From Octopus vulgaris (Eukaryota), in assembly GCA_951406725.2 (NCBI GenBank), contig OX597817.1, positions 96,658,001-96,722,000 on the forward strand: a stretch of DNA of 64,000 nt, in the 5' to 3' direction. Of this stretch, positions 1 to 12,299 are shown piece after piece. Under the pieces are notes generated by a model. It searched no databases, was not told the origin of the DNA, and was given only the letters and a program-made list of their open reading frames with translations. Numbering within the stretch: position 1 is the stretch's first letter; every line of letters starts with the position of its first letter. A program made the translations under genes and the position numbers.

Positions 1-126
1 CATACTAGCCCACTTAAGTACAATTTTGTTTCCCAGCCATGAAGAGGTTGTTAGCTACAGTAAGTTTCATTGATCAGATATTTGATTTTAGTATATTACT
101 TTATAAAAAGATATATTTTACTTTAC

Positions 127-647
127 TTTTTTTTTACTTGTTTCAGTCATTTGACTGTGGCCATGCTGGAGCACAACCTTTAGTCGAGCAAGTCAACCCC
201 AGGACTTATTCTTTGTAAAACCATTTCAACAAGAGTTTTCATTTTGTTCTGATCAACATGCAGAACTACTTGTTCAATATAATCCTTTGATGCACCAAAT
301 GACTGAAAACTAAAGTTAATGCAAACATTCAGTAAAAGTAATTTTCAAAAGACAACAAATTTATTCTATCAGTTTCTTTTGCCAAAGCGCTAAGTTATGG
401 GGATATAAACACACCAGCATCAGTTGTCAAGTGATGTTGGGGTGACAGACACAGATACACAAACACACACGCACATACATATATATACATATATACGACA
501 GGTTTCCATCTACCAAATCCACTCACAAAGCTTTGGTCAGCCTGAGGCTATAGTAGAGGACACTTGCCTAAGGTGCCACGCAGTGGGACTGAACCCGGAA
601 CCATGTGGTTTGTAAGCAAGCTACTTACCATACAGCCACTCCTATGC
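127..647 (-). mobile_element. tRNA-derived SINE (interrupted by a ~140-bp insert)
   Basis: Minus strand begins AGGAGTGGCTGTATGGTAAG...GGTTCCGGGTTCAGTCCC (A/B-box-like head), has an internal (CA/TA) tract and ends ...CCAGCATGGCCACAGTCAAATGACTGAAAC plus an A-rich tail; same family as 2309-2738. Confidence 0.85.
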
Positions 648-1036
648 CTATAAGTCAAATAATGTACTCAAATCTCTGAAAATTTTCATTCATACTTGTT
701 ATTTATATACTTCTCCAGTCTTCTAATTAAGATTGATATGATATATATAGATGTTCCTCAAATTATTTTCTGAAATTTTAAACAGTAAGGGAAGTTTCTT
801 ACAGATTTATTATGAAAAAATATCTACATAGAATTTTTTCCACATAATTTTGGGGTTATTCCACCACTTCAATTTGTAAACAAGTTTCAACACTATTCTA
901 CAATCAATATTTTTCAGCTTAGTGTACTGAGTTGTTGATGAAACATATCAAATGTATTTATTTAGCAATGTATTATATTGAATATTTATTATTATCTTGT
1001 TAGTTTTCATATGCATAAAAACGTTCATTGACATAT

Positions 1037-1180
1037 ATAAGGTTGTCCCAAAAGTTCGTTGAAAGTCTTAGAAAATAATGGTCTTTATTTTGAGGAATAA
1101 TTTTTGTTGTTTTTGTTAGTACTTGGCGAGTAAAAATTCAATTTTCGCAAGTGTTTACGAACTTTTGGGACAACCTAATA
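1037..1180. mobile_element. mariner-type MITE
   Basis: Perfect 20-bp TIRs AGGTTGTCCCAAAAGTTCGT (1040-1059) / ACGAACTTTTGGGACAACCT (1157-1176); mariner-like CAACCTAATA end with TA flank. Confidence 0.85.
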
Positions 1181-1580
1181 CTTTGTGAACATTTTGCATA
1201 GCTTCTTATACGTGAACTTACACATTTGAAGAACAAGAAAGAAAACAGTATTCGCTTAAAGCATAAGAAATATTTCTCAAATTCAATTTTAATAATTATA
1301 ATTTTCTAAATGTTTAGTCATTAGGAAATGAAACAAAATAAAAACTATGTATATGACTTTTAAAAAGCATGATCAGAACTAAATTGATCTGACAATCAAA
1401 TTCATCAGCTGGTAGGTGACCAGATGGCTAGCAAACTCTCTAAAGATTCTACAAGAAGTAGTAAATTCAATTACATCAAAAACCGCAAAGAAGCTTGCAA
1501 TAATAATAATAATAATAATAATAATAAAGATGATGATGATGATGATAAATAGATAAATAAATAAAATAGAATAAAATTAC

Positions 1581-1685
1581 CTTCCATAAGGAAGATGGTC
1601 CATCAATGAGGTAGGCATTAACATTAGTATATTTCTGTACTAACTGTAGACATTCAGATCCATTCTCAAAGTCATCATTTGTACA
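1581..1685 (-). CDS. CRPPA: CRPPA/ISPD coding exon (CTNDDFENGSECLQLVQKYTNVNAYLIDGPSSLWK)
   Basis: 105 nt, AG acceptor at 1687-1686, GT donor at 1580-1579, phase 0/0; matches the vertebrate ISPD segment CSDYDLEFGTECLQL...LVEGSPDLWK. Confidence 0.92.
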
Positions 1686-1939
1686 CTGTAATTAAGCAAT
1701 GTAAAATTAATATACATTAGAATTTACAAAGACAAAAAAGTACTCACTACAAAAGTTTAGGGTAAATATTTATAACAGTCATTAATCCTACTTTTACATA
1801 TCCTAACTTACCATGCATAATCTCTACTCTAACTTAAACAAAATGAATTCATAAATGTTCAACAGAATTTCATAGAAATACTAAAGAATATGAAAACAAA
1901 CTAACTTGAAAATAAAAGAAAAACTAGAGAATAATTTAC

Positions 1940-2089
1940 CATTTCATAAGCTTTCTTTATAATGTCATGCTTGAAGCCCTGTGGCATCTCACTAGCATGA
2001 TACAGATTTCTATCAAGAGAGTGTTTAAGAAAATTGTCAGAATTTACTGCAACAACAGTTGAGACCAAAGGGCGGACAATTCCAGCTGC
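1940..2089 (-). CDS. CRPPA: CRPPA/ISPD coding exon ([50 protein letters not shown])
   Basis: 150 nt, TTTTTGCAG acceptor and GTAAAT donor; RPLVSTVV and ASEMPQ motifs are characteristic of animal ISPD. Confidence 0.95.
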
Positions 2090-2308
2090 CTGCAAAAACA
2101 AGTAAGATGCATATTTGGAAAATTTCTAAATAAGTGGAATTTTATCTCTTTCCTAATAACTTGCAACATCATATCATTACGATTGAGATAATTTTGTTCC
2201 AGAATTGTTTACTTATTACAATAACAATAACTAGGCACACAAAATACTCTGAAGTCAAAATTGTAATTGTTAAAAAGGAAATGATTTGTTTAGTGAAAGT
2301 AATTAATC

Positions 2309-2444
2309 AGGAGTGGCTGTGTGGTAAGTAGCTTGCTTACCAACCACATGGTTCTGGGTTCAGTCTCACTGTGTGGCACCTTGGGCAAGTGTCTTCTTCT
2401 ATAGCCTTGGGCCGACCAAGGGAAACTGAAAGAAGCCTGTCGTG

Positions 2445-2475
<31 letters not shown>

Positions 2476-2738
2476 ACACACATATATATATATATATACA
2501 TACACACACACACATATGTATGTATATGTTTGTGTGTCTGTGTTTGTCTCCGCAACATTGCTTGACAACCAATGCTGGTGTGTTTACATCCCTGTAACTT
2601 AGCAGTTCAGCAAAAGAGACTGATAGAATAAGTACTAGGCTTACAAAGACTAAGTCCTGGGGTCGATTTGCTTGACTAAAGGTTGTGCTCCAGCATGGCC
2701 ACAGTCAAATGACTGAAACAAAAGAATAAAAAGAATTT
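2309..2738 (+). mobile_element. tRNA-derived SINE
   Basis: AGGAGTGGCTGTGTGGTAAG head, GGTTCAGTC B-box-like motif, internal microsatellite, tail CCAGCATGGCCACAGTCAAATGACTGAAAC-AAAAGAATAAAAAGAAT. Confidence 0.88.
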
Positions 2739-2765
2739 CTCTCTCTCTCTCGCTCCCTCCCTCTC

Positions 2766-2800
<35 letters not shown>

Positions 2801-2857
2801 TTGTATAAAATATATCTGTAGGTATGTATCACACTCACACACACAAATATAGTTATG

Positions 2858-3010
2858 TATAGGGGAGAATTCACAAAAAAACAAAAGAGGAAGACAGGTG
2901 GTGTAGACAACAAACAGATGTATTAGTTTAATGCTCAGGAAGTGAAAAAGTTTTTAACTTTTCGAGCCTACACTCTTCCACAGAAAGAAACAAGGAAAGA
3001 AAATAAATAA
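2858..3010 (-). mobile_element. Solo Penelope-like terminal repeat fragment with decayed hammerhead motif
   Basis: Similar layout to the PLE termini at 57838 and 61617; minus strand reads CTGTGGA-A-GAGTGTAGGCTC-GAAA-AG-TTA. Confidence 0.5.
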
Positions 3011-3045
3011 AATATCTATGTATACACATATATATGCATATATGA

Positions 3046-3340
3046 GGGTGCATGGCCTAGTGGTTAGGGTGTTGCACTCACGATCATGAGATTGTGGTTT
3101 CAGTACCTAGACCAGGTGGTGTGTTGCATTTTGAACAAAACATTTCATCTCACGTTGCTCTGTGATCACTTTGACACATGATACATCGTACACAATGCAC
3201 CTGTTCAAGTAACATCAAATCGATGGAAAGAGTGAACTAATGTACAGCACATACATTAGATCACTATAAACAAATCATTTGTGCAGTTCGTTTGGCAAAA
3301 GCTGAACACTCATATATTGTCTCCAACAGGAGAGTCCATC
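3046..3340 (+). mobile_element. Second tRNA-headed SINE family
   Basis: GGGTGCATGGCCTAGTGGTTAGGG A-box and degenerate B-box, followed by a non-tRNA body. Confidence 0.55.
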
Positions 3341-3626
3341 ATAAATGCATATATGCATATACAACATACTTAGATACACACACATGTATACACATACATG
3401 TACCCAAATATACATGTATGTATTTACGGCCTTAGACTGCTTCTCTACTTACCATTCTCCATGGATTTGGGGATTTTGCTAAGTAGAATGACCAAGAGCT
3501 TCATCATTGACACCAAATATATACATATATATACATGATATATATTTAAGATAACACATGTTTACTATAGACTTCTGCTAATGCATGTGCAATGATATAC
3601 TATGACCAGCCAGAGTTAACTGCACC

Positions 3627-4090
3627 ATACATATACATGTAGCCAGCCAGCTTTGTTTCCTCATAACTTTTAGCAAAATGAATTTTTTTTTCAAATTTTC
3701 TACAAATATGCTTCAGATGCTGTTGATTCCAATTATATTAGAATTTGTTTTGAAATAAATTTTTGGGAACATGTGTGCTATCCCACCAATTTTTATTTTT
3801 ATATTAAATTCTAATATAATCATAATATCCACACTCTGAAAGGTATTTGCTGAAATTTTCATTTAAAAATACCAATTTTTCAGAAAGTTATGAGAGAACA
3901 GAGCTCGCTTATGTGAATTTTCTGAAACTTCTCTCCCTGCTTCCCCAAAGCATTTTTTTCTTCAACAATTTCAGACATAACTAGAACCTATGCCATCTGA
4001 AGTATATTTGTAGAAAATTTCATCAAAAAATATCCATTTTTCTGGAAGTTATAAAGAAACAAAGTCAGTAAGGCATAACTATGTATGTAT
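3627..4090. mobile_element. MITE with long imperfect TIRs
   Basis: Left arm CTTTGTTTCCTCATAACTT...TTTTCTACAAATATGCTTCAGATG mirrors right arm CATCTGAAGTATATTTGTAGAAAA...AAGTTATAAAGAAACAAAG; a third partial copy lies near 3835-3905. Confidence 0.65.
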
Positions 4091-4392
4091 GCCCATTGCT
4101 TTAAAAAAAGTAATATAATGATCACAATGCTATTAGATATGAAATACAAAAGATTAGATCATTGAAGTACTTAAAAGAAAAATTATTTCAATAGAAGACT
4201 AATGTTATACTAGCTGTATTTTAATAAATTCAATTTAAGAAATTAATTTCCTAAAAACACTTTGAAAAAATATATTATAAGTTGAAAGTATCCAATGTAA
4301 ATAAAATTCTCTAAAAATATGGTTATCCTATTACTGCAGCAAATGAACCCTACATGCAAAGGTGTAGACTTTATGGAGGTATTGATACTCAC

Positions 4393-4493
4393 ACCATACT
4401 TTTGAGCAGCAAGAGCCACTTCTTGAATCACTGATTCACTGACAATGGGACGGGCAGCTTCATTCACTAGAATAATATCAAGCTCTTCACAAA
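4393..4493 (-). CDS. CRPPA: CRPPA/ISPD coding exon ((V)CEELDIILVNEAARPIVSESVIQEVALAAQKYG)
   Basis: 101 nt, CACAG acceptor and GTGAGT donor; phase 1 start fits the upstream exon; aligns to IspD-family VIIHDAVRP...AAKEHG. Confidence 0.92.
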
Positions 4494-4625
4494 CTGTGCC
4501 AAAGGATCAACAATGAAATATAAGATTACATAGAAAATTACTGATTTTAAATATATAATCAGATTTAAGATATTTTTCATATGGCTTAAGAACATTTTAG
4601 AATAATGAAAGTTTTTTTTTAACAA

Positions 4626-5870
4626 CCCTTTCGTTACTAACCTGGCCGAAAAATTTTTTGGTTCATAATACCAACCCGGCTGTACCCGGCCGAGAGAACC
4701 TATTGTTATTTAAATGTAAATTTGAACCCAAATCTCGTTGGTACATTCGTTAAAACATGTGATTTCACATTGTAAATAGTTAAGTTATAGTATCCGACAT
4801 TGCTTCAAGTGATATCTCAACTCAGTGAATTTTGGGAGATTTTTTTCCACATTTTTTTCAGTATCGATTTTTCTTCAACTTTGAAAATGGATAGGAGTTT
4901 CATGTTATCAAGCATTGATTCCGAATTTAAAGCTTTTTCAACGGAAAATAGGGAGATATCGAGAAAAAGAATGAATGAGGTCTTAAAGCACGTGGTGTAC
5001 AATAATGAATGGAATATTTCTTTATCTGTTAACCGAAAGCAGCGATTCCAAAGAAACAAAGCGGCGATGGCGACAGCAAAGATGGTTTTACATCGGAATG
5101 AAGTAAAAAACTTTTAAAATGTTTTTATTAGCAATTTTTCTGGGGAGATAGATTATCTATAGACTTTCTTAGGAAGCGAAACCATTAGACTTTTATTTTT
5201 TTCAGTATGCTAGTTTGAAGCAATCACTTCGGAAACAAATTTACGCAGATTGTAAACAAACACAAAAGTTTGGAAATTTTGTGAAGCAAATACTGGGTAC
5301 TGTTGTAGATTTAGTTTTTATACAGGGAAACTAATGTTAGTCAGCATGGCCTAGGGAACGATGTGGTCTGGAATTTATCACAACCAGGGCCGTATATCAT
5401 TTTTTGACTGATTTCTTTAGTTCGGTCAAACTTGCGGTGGATTCCAGTATTTCAGTTTATTCCACCTTTATGGTACACCTGTTGTGCATTAAATTCAACT
5501 GATGTGCACAATTCTTCTTTATTAAAATTTTATTGCATACCCATTTGAATATTAGCTGATGATTCATTTTCTATGTTTAAACAAAATTTTAATATTTTTA
5601 CCTTTTGCTCAATTTAAAATTTTAATATTTTTAGCTTTTGCTCAATTTATCTGGATTTACCTGTAATTAAAGTCACTTTGAGACAAAAGTTATGCAATAG
5701 AATTGATTAAGAACCCTTTCTTTAATTATGTTCTAAATATCACATTAATATGTTGATAAGTAAAAACGTTACAGTTATTTAATGAAACAAGCCTAAATTC
5801 ATGATTATTTTAGAATTTAATTGAAACTCATGAAGGATATAGTTTGGTCATAAATATAGTAACGAAAGGG
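4626..5870. mobile_element. Non-autonomous piggyBac-like DNA element
   Basis: 14-bp TIRs CCCTTTCGTTACTA / TAGTAACGAAAGGG (CCC...GGG ends); TTAA flanks decayed; no transposase recognised. Confidence 0.65.
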
Positions 5871-6120
5871 ATCCAAAATAAAGAGCTAATAATATTCAAT
5901 TTAGGAAGTTCATATTTCTCATAACTTGGTGAAAAATGCAAAATATATGCAAAAATTATATTATTAATTTTGAAATATTCTATCATTTCAAATATAAAAT
6001 ATTTAAAATGATAGTAATATAACAAAAGCTTGAAAATAAATTGTCTTAGAGTTAAACATGAATATAAAATAGTTACTGCAAGAAAATGAAACTAAATGAG
6101 AATTAAATAACAAGTGTTAC

Positions 6121-6281
6121 CTGAAGAAAGTGTCCTGATACCATTATAGATAGACCGATGCCTTGTAGCTCCAGCAATTGCTACATGGACTTTGTCTAAC
6201 AGATGTTGACTAACTAAATCCTCAAGACTTTCTGAATACTCCTCAGCAACAGTGACAATAATTTTCTGAACCCAAGAAATT
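6121..6281 (-). CDS. CRPPA: CRPPA/ISPD coding exon (ISWVQKIIVTVAEEYSESLEDLVSQHLLDKVHVAIAGATRHRSIYNGIRTLSS)
   Basis: 161 nt, TTCTAG acceptor and GTAACA donor, phase 2/1; AGxTRHRSIxNG motif of ISPD; too short to appear in the ORF track. Confidence 0.93.
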
Positions 6282-6754
6282 CTAGAAGTAATAAAAAAAT
6301 AAATCGATATTTACTGAAAGAAAGCATGTATATAGTGTAAAGAAGATAGAGTTACTGCATTGGCAACTTTTGGTCTTCCACCTAAAAACAACCCTGGCTA
6401 GAACTGCATCTTGAAGAGGAACTCTGCAAGTGTAGAAACATAATAACTATTATATATACATATGAGTTCTCATATGTGGATAAAACAGTACTCAAATACC
6501 AAAAGTAGGATAAAATAAAATGTTTTATCAAAGCTGAAAAATATCTCAAACTCAGAGTTTCACATAACCAGTCATCAGACAGAAGTGAACTTTTGAAACA
6601 ATACAGTGGTTTGCAAATATATATAAATGAAGCAATAATAATTTGGTAATGCATCAAATAAATATTTAAAGTTGATTGGACAGTGGGTTTGTAACTTTTC
6701 ATATACAACAGAATCTATGGATAACATGAATGACTGCCAAGAAAAAATAATATT

Positions 6755-9685
6755 CATCATCATCATCATCGTTTAACGTCCATTTTCTATTCTAGCATGG
6801 GTTGGATGGTTCGACCAGGGTCTGGGAAGCCAGGAGGCTGCACCAGGCTCCAGGCTGATCTGGCAGTGTTTCTACAGCTGGATGCCCCTCCTAACGCCAA
6901 CCACTCCGTGAGTGTAGTGGGTGCTTTTTACGTGCCACCGGCACAGGTGCCAGGGAAGGATGGCAACAGCCACAATTGGTTGGTGCTTTTTACGTGCCAC
7001 CAGCACGGTAGTCAGTCAAGGCGGCGCTGGCATCGGCCACGTACGGGTGGTGCTTTTTATGTGCCACCGGCACAGGTATGACAACTGCAATTTCCATTTG
7101 ATTTTTTTGATGTTGATGTACTTGACTGAATAGGTCTCCTCAAGCACAGCAGGTCGCCCTATGATCCAAGGTAAGCACAGCAGGCCGTCTTGCGATCCAA
7201 GACACTTTGGATGGGCTGGGGCTTCTATGTGAAGCTTGGGCAGGAAACAGCCATGAACTCACGTTATTTGCCAGGTCTTCGCAGTCACAGCATATCTCCA
7301 GAGGGCTTGGTCTTTCGTCATTGCCTCTGTGAGACCCAACGTTCAGAGGTCATGCTTGACCACCTCATCCCATGTCTTCCTGGTCTACCTCTACCCAGGA
7401 TTCCTTCAACTGTTTGGGAGTGGCACTTCTTCACACATCTCTCCTTATCCATCCATAGTACATGACCATACCAGCGCAGACGTCTCTCTTGCACACCAAA
7501 TCCAATGCTTCTTATGTCCAGCATTTCTCTCAAGGCACTTACACTCTATCATGTATGCACACTGACATTATACATCCAGCGGATAATGCTAGCTTCATTT
7601 CTTTCAAGCATGTCTTCTGCAGTCACAGCCCGTGTTTCACTACCGTGAAGCATGGTAGTTCGCACACATGCGTCGCACAATCTACCTTTCACTCTGAGTG
7701 AGACCCTTTGTCACCAGTAGGGGTAGGAGCTTTCTAAACTTAGCCCAGGCTATTCTTATTCTAGTGGTAACATTCTCTGAGCATCCACCCCCACTATTAA
7801 CTTGGTCACCTAGATAGCGGAAACTATCAACTACTTCTAGTTTCTCCCCCAGGAGTGTAATGGAATCTGTTTCCTGAGTATCAATGGTGTCTATTGCACT
7901 TGTGCATCTGCCACACACGAAAGCTATCTTCTCGGTTAATTTTCCTTTGATAGTGCTGCACCTCTTGTGTGTCCATAGCTTACACTGGGTACCTCTAATG
8001 GAGTCTATACCTACACCTTTCTACAAATTGAGCAGGGCCACCTACCTGAAGGTGTGTGTGGTGTGTTTGCCTTCCTACTTACCAGAACTTTGGTCTTTGC
8101 TACATTGACTCTAAGGCCTTTTGATTCTAAACCTAGCTTCCACACCTGAAATTTCTTTTCTAGTTCCGGTAGTGATTCTGCTATGAGGGCCAGGTCATCA
8201 GCATAGAGGAGCACCCAGGGGCAACCCAACTTGAATTCCTCTGTTATTGTCTGGAGGACTATGATGAATAAAAGGGGATTGAGGGCTGAACCTTGGTGAA
8301 CCCCTACTTCTACCTGGAATTCTTCACTATACTCATTGCCAATCCTAACCTTGCTGATGGCCTCTCTGTATAGGGCCTGTACAGCCCTTATTAACCATTC
8401 GTCAATCTCCAGTTTTCGCATCACCCACCAGATAAGGGATTGAGGGACCTTGTCAAAGGCTTTCTCCAAGTCCATGAAATCTATGTAGAGGGGTTTATCT
8501 TTAGCTAGGTATTTCTCCTGCAGTAGTCGAACCAGGAACATAGCATCAGTGGTGCTTCTACCCGGCACAAAACTGAACTGCATCTCATCTAAGCAGACTC
8601 TCTCCCTAATGAGATGGGTTATGACCCTCTCTGTGACAATTCATCACCTGATCCAACAGTTTAATACACCTATAGTTATTTCTATCTAAAGCATCACCTT
8701 TACCCTTGTAGTAGTTGACTATGGTGCTGCTACACCAGTCATTGAGTATGATTCCATTATGAACTACCTGGTTCACAATGTGGGTGACTAGGCCATAGCC
8801 CACACCACCAGATGTTTTAAGCATCTCAGCAGTGATTCCTGATGGGCTGGGGGCTTTTCCTGGCTTCATACTCTTAATTGCTTTATCTATTAGGGAGCTG
8901 TCTATTCGGATAGCTGGTCCCTCTACTAGGTCAACATTTGGCAGGCTCTCCTCCTCCCATTCATTCTCCACATTCAGCAGTCTCTCATAATGGCTTCTCC
9001 AAGCCTCTTTCTTTTCAGAAACATTGAAAGCAAGGGCACCATCATCCATGCAGACGCATTTCTCTCCTGTGATATCACAATTTTCTCTCACACACTGTCT
9101 AGCAATCCGAAATACCTCAGTTCTTTGGTCGTCACATCGCTGGACATTGGCAAACTTCTTCTTTTCTGCTTCACCCTTGGTTATGTATACCTGCTGCCCA
9201 GCCTCCCTTCTGGCTACCTGGTACAGTTCCCTGCTACCCCCATCCCTCCAGGCTTTCCAGGCCTGTTTCTTTGCTCTAATGGCTTTGTCTGCTGTACTAT
9301 TCCACCACCACATAACTCTAGGTCTGGAAGGGACTTTGCACCATCCACAGACTTGGTCTGTGGCACTCAGCAAGCTGTCCCGTAGGAATTTCCAGCTACC
9401 TTCTATGTCCGACGTCTGTAGCTCCTCCTCTCTCTCATCAAATTTCTTGATGAGGATGTCCCTAAATCTCTGACCATGTGAAGGGTTCTTTAGCTTCCAA
9501 ATCCTTCTTTTCTAGATTGGCTTGCTTCTTGGTATCCTTCTGGCCTCAAGCCTAAAGTCACTAATGACTAGCCTATGCTGGGGGGTACATTCTTCACCCG
9601 GGAGGGTCTTTGTATTTAAGAGCAACCCTGTGTCCCGCTGTCTGGTGAGGATGAAATCAATCTGGCTAGCAGAGTCCCCTGACTG
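6755..9685 (-). mobile_element. RTE-clade LINE, 5'-truncated, frameshifted
   Basis: RT motifs DLEKAFD, GVHQGSALNP, LLYADD (ORFs 8011-8583, 8606-9373); (GAT)n tail at 6755-6770; possible TSD AATATT at 6749-6754 and 9686-9691. Confidence 0.95.
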
Positions 9686-9849
9686 AATATTAAAATCAAA
9701 AAAACTAAAAATAGGTCACAAAATTAAAAACAAGGGCAAATGAGTATCATAAAATAAATAAATGAATAAGTGTGCTATAGTGGAAAAGCAGAGTCTGTAT
9801 AACAGAAAAAGAAAGAAGAAAAATAGAAGCATATTGGAGAGGGTGATGG

Positions 9850-10395
9850 GAGCTGTGTTAATACTTGCAGGAAGTTATTATTACTGCTGACAACAAAAGT
9901 TTTTCCCATTAGTGATGAGCAGATTGTATGATATTTGTGTTAGAACTGTGATGTTGCATGGTAGTAAGACAGGAGACCAGATTGCATAAGATGTTCAAAG
10001 ACTAGAAGGATAAGTAGCTAGCATGCTTCCCTGGGTGTGTAATGTGAACACATGTGAAAACCTGAGGACAAATAAGCAAAGAGAAAAACTGGGTATAAAA
10101 GAATCTGGTGTAGTGTGCAAGAGAGGAAGCTATTCTAGATATGTGATGCATATTGAGGAAAATTGCAACATACTAAACTGACAAGCACTCCATGTTAGTA
10201 GAACCTGTGAAAGACAGAGACCTTGAAAGACTTACGACTGGTGAAGACTAACCTGAAGATGTTACATCAAATGGCGATGACAATGACTGTTGATATGCAG
10301 TGCTACAGAAGACCTATTCACCCATGGCAAAATGTACCTTGATTCAAGGGTAGTATTTAAGAAGCCATGATCATCACAATCATTATCATCATCAT
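9850..10395 (+). mobile_element. Old degraded RTE 3' fragment
   Basis: Decayed similarity to the RTE C-terminal coding region (AGATTGTATGAT..., GTGTGCAAGAGAG...) ending in a CAT/GAT tract; boundaries approximate. Confidence 0.55.
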
Positions 10396-10599
10396 GGATG
10401 GTTTGACAGGATCTAATGAGCCAGAGGACTACATTAAGCACCAATGTCTGTTCAACATGGTTTCAATAGATGGATGTCCTTCCAAATACCAACCACTTTA
10501 CAGAGTGTACTGGGTGTTTTTTCATAACATTAAGTAACTTGTAAGACAAAGAAAAAGACTCCATAACTGAGTGGGGTTGTAGTAGAAAGACAGCTTTAA

Positions 10600-10818
10600 C
10601 CCTTTAGCAATCAGATTTCTTTGTCAAATGCATTGCTTATTTATTCACATTGTTTTGAATTAATCACACATCATTTTGTAGCTTCAAGATTTCAATTATG
10701 CATTAGTATATTTTTAGAATGACATTGTAGGGTAGGTGTGAGAGGCTGGATGTGGTCAATTTTAACATAAAACAGATAGAATATTTTGGCTGGATAGGCT
10801 GGATTGAATGCTAAATAG
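10600..10818. mobile_element. piggyBac-type MITE
   Basis: TTAA-CCCTTTAGCA...TGCTAAATAG-TTAA: TTAA on both sides and imperfect TIRs. Confidence 0.7.
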
Positions 10819-12299
10819 TTAAGCCAAGTATTGAGAGGTTATGGTATAATAGAGGGACAGTCACAAGCTACACTATATTATATAAGGGTGGGTGGAAGTA
10901 GCTGGAAAGCAGATAGTGATGGTGGTGACAAGGTATCTCAAGATACAAGAAAGTGAGCATAAAAAAGGACACAAAGAATTGGAAAGGATAGATGGATAAG
11001 CTCATTAGAGTGTGAAGAGTGACAGATAGTTGGAGACGCATGTAGAGGTTAATATAGTGAATAGAAGAAGGATGGAGATGTGGTCAATAGAAAATATCGG
11101 TATGGTGGTCTAAAAGAAATAGGAATGGCTCTGTAAGGAGGTGATAAGTAGTAGTACAGAAAGGGAAGAAATCAGCAGTATAATGAATCTGTAGAGAGAT
11201 CAGAAAACAGGGAGTTGATGTGTAGGGCAGGAGATTAGGGAATGAGAGAGAGAGAGATGTACAGTGACAGGGGTAGACGTCAGAGGTATGTAGGAGTAGC
11301 TATAGTGAGTATGGCACAAAGGTAGGGAGAGGCCATTGACAACAGGTGATGAGAATGATAGCAGATATGAGAGGGATATGAGATGAAGTATGGTAGTCAT
11401 AAGACGTAGCTCAGAGGACAGAGACACAACTGGCAGCAGAGAAAGAAGTGATCATTGGAACTAAAGTGGGAGGGAATGATATTGAAAGTTAAGGATAAGG
11501 ATGAATTTTAAAAGGTGGAGAGAGGGATATAGCTCAAAGTAGGAAGAAATACAAGCATATTCTGATCTCATATGATTATTGCAGCTGCTTAGTGCCATAA
11601 ATACAAGAGTGAAAAAATGGATCTTAAGAAGATGAGAGGTGGGGAAGGCTTGACAAGGAGAGAATGGGTGTAGGGACAGGGTTCAGTGAATATATAGGTA
11701 TAAATATAATGTATTTTAGGATCTGGTTTTCATTGAGATGGATAGGTCTTTTTGAGTACAGCAAATAGCCAGTCATCTCTCCTTGATGCTCAACATCTTA
11801 TGATCAGCCTTCACTATTTCATACTATATCTTCCTGGATCTCCCTCTTCCACAAGTTCCATCCACATATAGCAACTGGCACTTCTTTATACTGCTGTTTT
11901 CATACATATGTTTCACATGACCATACCAGTACAGTCTTCCCTCTTTCACACATCTGAATTTCTCTAGTACCCAATTTTACTCTCAACACTTTGCGCTTTG
12001 TCATACACTTTGAAAAGAAAGTCTGATTTTTTTTTAATGCTTTTTTTTTTCTTTTGCTGTCCTGAAAACTTGCACACTTCTTTGATTTTACACAACCCCA
12101 ACCACTATGTCATACATAATTTACTATTTATGACCTATGATGAATAAAATATGTCATTCCCCATTATTTATTAATGTTTAATATTGGCAAAACCACATGG
12201 CTGTATGGTGCCTCATGAGTTTATAAAATAGTAAGAAATCAATATTTTGACTTTTCCTTACAGATTCAGGCTTAAGTAAATAACACACCCAGATTCTCA

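Noticed and set aside
660-900. AG...GT-bounded segments as the next ISPD exon
   Set aside because: Stops in all frames tested and no VTYKRDL-like peptide; downstream exons are probably left of the window
2309-2385. tRNA gene
   Set aside because: A/B-box head runs into a SINE body, no convincing cloverleaf, and several decayed copies exist (e.g. 575-647, 17814-17870)
4800-5117. 105-aa ORF as a transposase
   Set aside because: No recognisable motif; internal to a non-autonomous element
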